The notes under the pieces were generated by a model that searched no databases, had not been told where the DNA came from, and saw nothing but the letters and a program-made list of their open reading frames with translations. Both the position numbers and the translations under genes were made by a program. Positions 36,057-42,709 of a stretch of 42,709 bases of DNA are shown here, piece after piece. Source of the DNA: Thermoplasmatales archaeon I-plasma (GTDB lineage Archaea; Thermoplasmatota; Thermoplasmata; Thermoplasmatales; GCA-001856825); contig JAVRLO010000002.1 of NCBI GenBank assembly GCA_031961395.1, forward strand, positions 1 through 42,709, in the 5' to 3' direction. Each line of letters starts with the position of its first letter. Within the stretch, counting starts at the first letter, position 1.

Positions 36057-37114
36057 AAGATGAGGAACTTCTTTCCAAATATCCTTTCCTGAAGGAAGGG
36101 CTCAGGGAATTCTTCGGTTCAAATGTTTCCATTAAAGATTTCCTGGAAGAGAATGAAAAGTATTTACGTGAGGTTTCCAGGGAAATATTATCACTATTAG
36201 ACTCGAATGATATAAGATTTGATTGGGAAACAGAGAAAAGGGTAAAAAAATACATAATAGCAAAAATATTACTTACTTACATCAGAGATTATTTTATATC
36301 CGCCAGATATGCGATCAAAGAAAGAAAATCGCTCTATGATCATCTAAAAATAGAGAATGATTACGGTACAATTTTAAAAATAGCTAATGAGCTCGGAATA
36401 AACATGGAATTCAAAAATAACAGCTATTATATTCCACTTCCATCATTTTTAAGGAATGCAGTTGTTTTCAATGATAAGGAATTAAAGTTATGCAACCAGG
36501 AAATAATAGAGGGTAAAGTGGTTGCAGATAGAGAAATAACATCCAAAATTATTAGAGAGGCCTTCTACAGAAAGTATATGGAAGAGGTGAATACGCTCTC
36601 TGAATTTCCTGAGGACGTAGAGGAAATATTGAAGAGGCACGCAAGTGAAATAATATTGAGAGGGGAGCAAATAAAGCAAGAAAAAGCCAATCTCGGACCT
36701 TTAAACAAGAAAGCTTTCCCACCATGCTTGTCAATGATAATATCAGAGATGGAAAAAGGGGTGAACGTATCGCATCCAGCTAGATTCTTTCTTGTGACGT
36801 TCCTCCATAGAATTGGGCTTCCAAACGATGAAATAATGAAATACTTCGGGGAAGTCCCGGACTATATGGAGAAAATTACAAAATATCAGGTTGAGCATAT
36901 CACAGGGACTGGAAGGGGTAGAGAATATAGCGTACCATCATGCCAGACACTTACCTCATTAGGTTTATGCTATAAGGAAAATGATCAATTATGCAAATCC
37001 GGTAGAATTAATCATCCTTTGCAATACTATAAAATAAAAAATTCAGGAAATAGACCGGTAAGCAATAGCAGCTCTGTAAGCAGAGTTAATAATTCCGGCA
37101 ATTCCCAGAAATAG
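36053..37114 (+). CDS. priL: DNA primase large subunit PriL
   Basis: FPPCLSMII, HPARFFLVTFL and the Fe-S cysteines (PSCQTL..LCYKEN..LC) are present. I prefer the ATG at 36053, which forms an ATGA overlap with the pepQ stop. Confidence 0.85.
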   Translation: MKDEELLSKYPFLKEGLREFFGSNVSIKDFLEENEKYLREVSREILSLLDSNDIRFDWETEKRVKKYIIAKILLTYIRDYFISARYAIKERKSLYDHLKIENDYGTILKIANELGINMEFKNNSYYIPLPSFLRNAVVFNDKELKLCNQEIIEGKVVADREITSKIIREAFYRKYMEEVNTLSEFPEDVEEILKRHASEIILRGEQIKQEKANLGPLNKKAFPPCLSMIISEMEKGVNVSHPARFFLVTFLHRIGLPNDEIMKYFGEVPDYMEKITKYQVEHITGTGRGREYSVPSCQTLTSLGLCYKENDQLCKSGRINHPLQYYKIKNSGNRPVSNSSSVSRVNNSGNSQK

Positions 37115-37630
37115 TAATATCCATGCTGTTATGTAGAATCCATATATTTTGCCTGTAAACATCTGGACTAATATACCTGCCATTATAATAACAAGTCTAT
37201 CTGCCCTTCCAGGAAAACCTCCATATATTCTGTTAATTCCAATGGCCTGTGCCTGGGTACCAACATAACTGGTCAAGAATGTGCCGGCTAGGGCAAGAGC
37301 GCCAAAATAAATGTTTCCATAGAAGCTTACTCCCATTGCTAATATTATTATCATATCCACATATCTGTCAAAAAGGTGGTCCAGGAAATCACCTTTCTTG
37401 CTTGTTTTATTAAATGTTCTGGCTACAGCTCCATCTAGCGCATCAAGATAAGATGAAGCAAGAAGAATTACAAAAGAAATCCAAAGTATTCGGAAGTAGA
37501 AAGACAGAGCGAAGAATATTGAAAGTATCAGTGATAAGGTGGTTATAGCATTTGGATTTACACCTCCTAGTTTTTTTGCAACAGGGTTTATCAAGGATGA
37601 TGCAACAGATCTTCCCTTATCTAATACCAT
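37043..37630 (-). CDS. CDP-alcohol phosphatidyltransferase family protein (size is consistent with archaetidylinositol-phosphate synthase type)
   Basis: DALDGAVARTFNKTSKKGDFLDHLFDRYVD matches DGx2ARx8Gx3Dx3D. 195 aa, polytopic. Confidence 0.8.
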   Translation of the reverse strand: MVLDKGRSVASSLINPVAKKLGGVNPNAITTLSLILSIFFALSFYFRILWISFVILLASSYLDALDGAVARTFNKTSKKGDFLDHLFDRYVDMIIILAMGVSFYGNIYFGALALAGTFLTSYVGTQAQAIGINRIYGGFPGRADRLVIIMAGILVQMFTGKIYGFYITAWILLFLGIAGIINSAYRAAIAYRSIS

Positions 37631-38106
37631 AGCATTATTTCCCCCACAAGATCAATTCTGCTTCCGCTCTCAGCGTCTCCTGCTATTATGTGTAACACGT
37701 TATTAACTGTTTCATCTATGTTCAAATTCATTACTTCATAAACATTTCCAGGATGCAATTTCTCTGATTCATATCCTATAAGGTCGATCGCTTCTGCCTC
37801 CAGATTATCCATAATCTTTCTTTTATCATACTGTCTGCTGCTAAGTCTTTTTTCCAGATCATTTAGGTGGGACCTTAAAACGATGACCTTGTCACATTTC
37901 ATATAATGAGAGAGATGTCCGGCAACTATACCATCCACTTTTTTATTCTTAAGGCATTCAGTATCAATGATCTTTTCAAGATTTTCCTCCCCGGTTATAC
38001 AATCAGCTGCAACATCAATCATTTCGTAGCAGGTATAACCTCTTGATCTTAATGCATTGATTACGCTTGATTTGCCTGTCCCCGGTGTTCCGGTTATGCA
38101 TATCAT
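37621..38106 (-). CDS. Putative adenylate kinase / nucleoside-triphosphatase (Fap7/AK6-like)
   Basis: MICITGTPGTGKSSV is the P-loop. 161 aa. 4-nt overlap with the tiaS stop. Confidence 0.7.
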   Translation of the reverse strand: MICITGTPGTGKSSVINALRSRGYTCYEMIDVAADCITGEENLEKIIDTECLKNKKVDGIVAGHLSHYMKCDKVIVLRSHLNDLEKRLSSRQYDKRKIMDNLEAEAIDLIGYESEKLHPGNVYEVMNLNIDETVNNVLHIIAGDAESGSRIDLVGEIMLWY

Positions 38107-39371
38107 TTCAAGACACCCAATTTAAGAGGCCTGGAAAGATGCCTTCTGGCAATAATGGGGACTTCATAGAAACCTGGCTCAATATCCCTGTGTAATTCTG
38201 TCGCAATTCCTTCCCCTCTTTCTCCGCATTTCCTGCATCTATAACCTTTTCCCTTACCAACACTTTCCATCTTAGTCCCGCAATTTTTGCAAATAGGAGG
38301 GTCTATTCTCAAGACGGTGGACTTTTCAATCAACTGAATCTTCTCTATATTCAAAAACCCAATTTTTGTAATTCCTCCGTAAACACGAACTTCATCTCCT
38401 TTCATTAGTTTTAATATAATGTTTCTAAACTCTTTGGTAGGTTCCATTGCAACAGCCCTGATACTTCCTGTTTCATCCTGTAGCTCAAATGAAGCTATTC
38501 CCCCTTTACTCATAACAGGTTCTGAGGACACTCTCCCCCTTATTATTGAAGAATGATACAATTGAGAATCTGCTATTTTTCTTTCCTCAAGATGATCATC
38601 GGTACCCTGATTGGTTTTATAAATTACGAATGAAAAATATGGCTCACTTATAATTATTTTCCTTGCTTCCATTAATGATTCAGGATTTATACCTCTTATA
38701 CCAAACAAAACTGGAGTCTTTGTAGTAGGCCTTATGGCATTGTACTTGTTTCTCATATCATAATTATCGAAAGTGTCCGGAAATTTATTCTCGAGAATCT
38801 TTGAACTTTCATCATCGACAAAATGTTTTCCATTCCAATTTTCCTTTTGCAGGTATGAGATTAATTCATATGTGAAATTCAATTCAGGCCAGGAGTTTGC
38901 AGCATTAGCCCCAACAATTCCAAAATCGCCATTGAAAGTTGAAACTTCTCCATGAATCCTTTCTTTAACATAATGATAATCGACCAGCTCTCTAACTGCG
39001 CTCCAGTAAAATGATTCTGACTCCTTGATATCTGTAATTATAAGAGCTGGATTTGTCTTATCATCCTTAGGTGCGAATTTTTCAATGATGCTCATTACAT
39101 CAATGTCAATTCTTTCATTGCTATAGCTGCTGTATGAAATTATAGGCTCATCATCTATCACACCTATAACCCTCTTTTCGCCAGACCCTTTTCCTAATAA
39201 TAACGATATAGCAGCGTTACCCCTTGTTTTTAACGGTATATTAGGATTAAGACGAACGAGTTTGGGATAACCAATCAAATCTAGGTTTGTTTTCTTAAGG
39301 ATTTCTATTGTTAAGTAAGTCGTACACATCTCTCTGGAGGAGTCAGTATCATCAAATCCCACAAAGGGCAT
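38103..39371 (-). CDS. tiaS: tRNA(Ile2) 2-agmatinylcytidine synthetase
   Basis: The N-terminus reads VGFDDTDSSREMCTTYL. The C-terminal zinc ribbon is CKNCGTKM...YRCRKCG. 422 aa. Confidence 0.85.
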   Translation of the reverse strand: MPFVGFDDTDSSREMCTTYLTIEILKKTNLDLIGYPKLVRLNPNIPLKTRGNAAISLLLGKGSGEKRVIGVIDDEPIISYSSYSNERIDIDVMSIIEKFAPKDDKTNPALIITDIKESESFYWSAVRELVDYHYVKERIHGEVSTFNGDFGIVGANAANSWPELNFTYELISYLQKENWNGKHFVDDESSKILENKFPDTFDNYDMRNKYNAIRPTTKTPVLFGIRGINPESLMEARKIIISEPYFSFVIYKTNQGTDDHLEERKIADSQLYHSSIIRGRVSSEPVMSKGGIASFELQDETGSIRAVAMEPTKEFRNIILKLMKGDEVRVYGGITKIGFLNIEKIQLIEKSTVLRIDPPICKNCGTKMESVGKGKGYRCRKCGERGEGIATELHRDIEPGFYEVPIIARRHLSRPLKLGVLK

Positions 39372-40156
39372 TATTTTCCAAACCTCCGATTCCTTGACTG
39401 ATAGTCTCTTATTGCTTTTAAAAGATCAAGCTTGGTCATTTCAGGCCAATAAACATCCATGAAATAAAGTTCTGAGTAAGCGGATTGCCATAAAAGAAAA
39501 TTGCTTATTCTCTCTTCCCCAGATGTTCTTATAATGAGATCTGGATCCTGTATTTCTCCTGTATAAAGATATTTTCGCATAATATCGTCGCTTACATCTT
39601 CAGGTTTAAGATTACCGTTCTTGATATCATTTGCTATTTTTCTAATCGCATCAATTATCTCTTCTCTTCCTCCATAGGCGATTGCAACATTGAGGAGGAA
39701 ATTATCATAATTCTTGGTAAACTCCTCTGCGCGCCTGGCAGCATCCCTAACGTACTGAGGAAGAAGATCAACCTTGCCTATCAATCTTATCTTTATCTTA
39801 TTTTTTATTACCCTTTTATCTTTTATTAAATTATCAAAACTCTTAGCATACAAATTCATTAGAAAATTGATTTCATCTGAGTCTCTTGAAAAATTTTCAG
39901 TGGAAAAAGCATATACAGTTACAATCTTTATACCAATATCGAAGCACCAGTCCAAAAATTCCTCCAGCTTTCTCTTGCCCATTTCATGCCCTTCGTTTGC
40001 AGACATTTTCAATTCCTTGGCGAACCTCCTGTTGCCATCCATTATTACAGCTACGTGGGTAGGGAGCGGATATTTCTTTATAGACTGTAGCATATTTTCT
40101 TCATATCTCTCCCTAATAGAATTAATTATTGAATCCACAATTCCCTGCCTGGGCAT
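39371..40156 (-). CDS. uppS: Undecaprenyl-diphosphate synthase family cis-prenyltransferase
   Basis: Motifs HVAVIMDGNRRFA, YAFSTENF, IRTSGEERISNFLLWQ and the C-terminal RRFG are present. Confidence 0.9.
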   Translation of the reverse strand: MPRQGIVDSIINSIRERYEENMLQSIKKYPLPTHVAVIMDGNRRFAKELKMSANEGHEMGKRKLEEFLDWCFDIGIKIVTVYAFSTENFSRDSDEINFLMNLYAKSFDNLIKDKRVIKNKIKIRLIGKVDLLPQYVRDAARRAEEFTKNYDNFLLNVAIAYGGREEIIDAIRKIANDIKNGNLKPEDVSDDIMRKYLYTGEIQDPDLIIRTSGEERISNFLLWQSAYSELYFMDVYWPEMTKLDLLKAIRDYQSRNRRFGK

Positions 40157-40191
40157 GATCTCTCCTGTATAGATTCATTGGAATTAATTTT

Positions 40192-41079
40192 TTATATTGT
40201 TTGAATGAGGTAATAATATAGAGATAAGGAAGGGGAATAACCATGAACCTCTTTATTTTCTAGGATCTTGATATTTGCAAAATCCAACTCTTCATCTTTC
40301 TTTTTCACAATAAAAAAATGTATTATTGTACCTAGTTTAAAATTGTTGATGATCTCTGAGGAAATTCTCTTTGGCTGAGTTGGATTATTCATAATAACCT
40401 GATTAGCATCTTTAAAACAAGAAGCCAGGGAATTGCTGTCAGCAAGTGCTATATTCCCATTAACACGATTCATTTTAAAATTTTCCTTTAAAAGTGAAAT
40501 AGCGTTTTCGTTTATATCAAACGAGAAAGTTTTAATACTATTCTTAAGAAGCAGAATTGAGATAGGTCCTATACCTGCATACATATCAATAACCTTATCA
40601 TGCTTATATTTCATCACATTGGAAAGGATGTGCCATCTGATCCCACCAAGTCTTGGGGAATAGTATGCCTTCTCTATGTTAACCATAAGCCTAATTCCAT
40701 TCTCTTTATGTATTCCCTCTGGAGTTCCAGTACCATATACCCTAACAACATCTCTTTTCCTTTCCGTTCCAGTCACTCCACGGTCAAGAAATATGGCTCT
40801 AGGCCTCTGCTTGTTTAAAATTTCATTGAATACATTTTCCCATCCGTCTCTTTCCTTGATGACATAGAAATCGGCAATGCGTTCAAAACTTCCTACATGG
40901 TTCAACCTGATTTTTTCATTTCTTTCGAAATCCCCTCTCTCATCACCAGTTGTGCAAGGTACAAGAATAAAATCCCCTTCTCTTTTTATTTTATAGTTAC
41001 CTAGCAGTTCCCCTGTTTCTTTTAGTTTTTTTATGTATGATTCAGCGTCACGATAGTAAACTCTTCTGAAGGGAATCAT
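40192..41079 (-). CDS. trm5: tRNA (guanine37-N1)-methyltransferase Trm5 family
   Basis: The SAM motif is VIDMYAGIGPISILL. The NNP motif MNNP is present. 295 aa. Confidence 0.7.
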   Translation of the reverse strand: MIPFRRVYYRDAESYIKKLKETGELLGNYKIKREGDFILVPCTTGDERGDFERNEKIRLNHVGSFERIADFYVIKERDGWENVFNEILNKQRPRAIFLDRGVTGTERKRDVVRVYGTGTPEGIHKENGIRLMVNIEKAYYSPRLGGIRWHILSNVMKYKHDKVIDMYAGIGPISILLLKNSIKTFSFDINENAISLLKENFKMNRVNGNIALADSNSLASCFKDANQVIMNNPTQPKRISSEIINNFKLGTIIHFFIVKKKDEELDFANIKILENKEVHGYSPSLSLYYYLIQTI

Positions 41080-41119
41080 TAAGGTAAAATGTATTAATGA
41101 AAATTAACTTTAGGATATT

Positions 41120-41425
41120 GTGTTTTGTCCGAAATGTGGCTCTATGATGTACCCCAAGAATGGGAAATGGGTATGCAGGAAATGCGGTTATGAAATGGAA
41201 ATTAAACAGGAAGAAAAAAAGAGTATAGTTGAAAAGGGGAAGAAAAAGGAACTTATAGTTGTAAAGAAGGATGAAATGAATCTACCCATAGACAAGAATG
41301 CTCAGTGTCCTAAGTGTGGAAACATCGGAGCTTATTGGGAAACTGCACAGACTAGGGCAGCCGACGAACCGGAGACCAGATTTTATATCTGTACAAAATG
41401 TGGTTACAGGTGGAGAGAGTATTAA
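41120..41425 (+). CDS. tfs: Transcription factor S (RNA polymerase subunit M-like)
   Basis: Two zinc ribbons are present (CPKCGS...CRKCG and CPKCGN...CTKCG). The QTRAADEP acidic loop is present. GTG start. Confidence 0.9.
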   Translation: MFCPKCGSMMYPKNGKWVCRKCGYEMEIKQEEKKSIVEKGKKKELIVVKKDEMNLPIDKNAQCPKCGNIGAYWETAQTRAADEPETRFYICTKCGYRWREY

Positions 41426-41817
41426 CCGAAGCCTATAATATCTTTCTTCTTCTGAATATTAGGCATAGGTATAGGCGCTGGTAGTCTAAGATCCCTCGCA
41501 ATCATTATGGTCTCAACTATGGACGATGTAAAAATTGCCCCTTGTATTTCGCCAGCAGCGCTTTCTGGTATATTCTTATCTTTCTTCCATCTAAGCTCAA
41601 TATCATCTGCACCAGAGTAGAGGACAGAACCCTCTATTGTTATATTTCCAAGGGTGGAAAAAGTCGATATAAACTTATAGAAAATTCTGAATAAATCAGA
41701 CTCTCTCCTCACGTCAAGAATTGAAAGGTTCTGATCTATCCTTATCTCCTGCGGTCTGGAATCAAGAGGTGCAAACCTTTTGCCCTCTATTGAACTTATC
41801 TCGAGATCTTTTATCAC
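41422..41817 (-). CDS. Hypothetical protein (possible SecB-like fold), distal gene of the queD-queC unit
   Basis: 131 aa, GTG start, no cysteines. The pattern IEGKRFAP...ITIEGSVLYS...IVETIMIARDLRLPAPIPMPNI is loosely reminiscent of the SecB beta-sheet and C-terminal helix layout. Confidence 0.45.
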   Translation of the reverse strand: MIKDLEISSIEGKRFAPLDSRPQEIRIDQNLSILDVRRESDLFRIFYKFISTFSTLGNITIEGSVLYSGADDIELRWKKDKNIPESAAGEIQGAIFTSSIVETIMIARDLRLPAPIPMPNIQKKKDIIGFG

Positions 41818-41838
41818 AACTTCTATAATGAATCATAG

Positions 41839-42576
41839 CTAAATTCTTTTTCGCCTGCTATTGAGGTACTCAATATAAAAATCTGGATAATGCTCGTACT
41901 CTAAAGGATCTTCTAACCCGGCTTCCATAAATCCCTTCAGTCTAAGTTTGCAGGAATCGCATCTTCCGCACGCTTTCTCTCCTCCGTTGTAACATGACCA
42001 TGTCATTTCAAGAGGTACGTTTAGTTCGTGGGCAACCTTTACAATATCAGCCTTAGTGTACCTTAGAAAAGGAGCCTCTACCTTTATAGGGTTCCCTTCC
42101 ACACCTGCCTTTGTACCAAGCCTGAAAGTTTCATTAATTGAATCAAAGTATTCTGGTCTACAGTCAGGATATCCTGAATAATCAATATAATTTGCTCCAA
42201 TGAATATCTTATTTGCTCCAATGGTCTCTGACAAACCTAGAGCTATGGAAAGAAGAATAGTATTCCTAGCAGGTACATATGTAATCGGTATTTCTTTTCC
42301 AATTGAATCAATGTTTACGTCCGGAACTTCAATGTCTGATGTAAGTGCACTTCCTCCAATGGTCCTAAGGTCAAGTTTCATAATTCTATGATCTACCTTA
42401 TAGTGCTCCGCGATCTTCTTAGCAGAAATGAGCTCTCTCCTGTGCCTCTGTCCGTAATCGAATGAAAGAGCGGTAACCTCATATCCTCTTGAAATTACGT
42501 AACCGAGCATTGTAGAACTGTCCAGTCCTCCGGACAAAAGACTAACTGCTTTATTTTTTCCATGTTGATTTTGCAT
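41839..42576 (-). CDS. queC: 7-cyano-7-deazaguanine synthase
   Basis: The PP-loop is LLSGGLDSST. The zinc site is CYNGG..CGRCDSCKLR. 245 aa. Confidence 0.9.
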   Translation of the reverse strand: MQNQHGKNKAVSLLSGGLDSSTMLGYVISRGYEVTALSFDYGQRHRRELISAKKIAEHYKVDHRIMKLDLRTIGGSALTSDIEVPDVNIDSIGKEIPITYVPARNTILLSIALGLSETIGANKIFIGANYIDYSGYPDCRPEYFDSINETFRLGTKAGVEGNPIKVEAPFLRYTKADIVKVAHELNVPLEMTWSCYNGGEKACGRCDSCKLRLKGFMEAGLEDPLEYEHYPDFYIEYLNSRRKRI

Positions 42577-42709
42577 ATTGACCAGGCCCCTCGTACACTT
42601 CTATATCGATTCCATCTATGTCTCCTTTAATTGAATCTTTAAACCTTTCAAGGACATATATGCTCAAGCACTCAGCAGTAGTATCCATTATTGGGAGGAT
42701 TCTGCATTC
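42551..42709 (-). CDS. queD: 6-carboxytetrahydropterin synthase QueD, C-terminal fragment (5' part lies outside the window)
   Basis: My own translation is ECRILPIMDTTAECLSIYVLERFKDSIKGDIDGIDIEVYEGPGQYAKSTWKK, followed by a stop. It has a QueD-like C-terminus and overlaps the queC start by 26 nt. Confidence 0.6.
   Translation of the reverse strand, partial: ECRILPIMDTTAECLSIYVLERFKDSIKGDIDGIDIEVYEGPGQYAKSTWKK

Noticed and set aside
1-42709. Search for CRISPR arrays, defence-system genes, toxin-antitoxin pairs, riboswitch-like leaders (TPP, fluoride) and origin-type repeats
   Set aside because: I saw no spaced direct repeats, no cas or restriction-like motifs, no TPP-type CUGAGA/ACCUGA signatures in 5' regions and no ORB-like repeats. 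The window reads as core chromosome rather than an accessory island.

Overview
AT-rich (about 35% GC by eye), very compact archaeal chromosome segment. About 50 of its 54 CDSs are core housekeeping genes. Archaeal hallmarks include TBP, RNase P Pop5, RFC large subunit, PriL, TFS, TiaS, Pth2, S8e, SRP19, Trm5 and QueC/QueD. Metabolic genes include a citrate synthase, a subfamily-II-type isocitrate dehydrogenase, histidine ammonia-lyase, MtnA, acetoacetyl-CoA synthetase, NadE, Rpe and UppS. Gene content and sequence style suggest a Thermoplasmatales-like archaeon; this is inference only. Two GC-rich islands stand out from the AT-rich background. One is an intron-containing tRNA-Ser(GGA) at 24463-24558 (-). 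The other is a ~306-nt SRP (7S) RNA at 32881-33186 (+). The left edge carries a heavily decayed IS200/IS605-type tnpB relic. Gene packing is extreme, with many ATGA start/stop overlaps and several 3'-3' convergent overlaps of 17-72 nt. Many starts sit about 25 nt downstream of TATA-like boxes, consistent with leaderless mRNAs. I found no CRISPR array, no recognisable defence island and no intact mobile element. The best candidate for an uncharacterised module is the tightly coupled four-gene operon at 26184-28834. It encodes a polytopic membrane protein, a membrane-anchored transglutaminase-like protein, a catalytically degenerate short HisA/HisF-like protein and an archaeal unknown. Two small ORFs below the track cutoff look real: a 58-aa zinc ribbon and a 55-aa protein. 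All family assignments rest on motif recognition by eye and need database confirmation.
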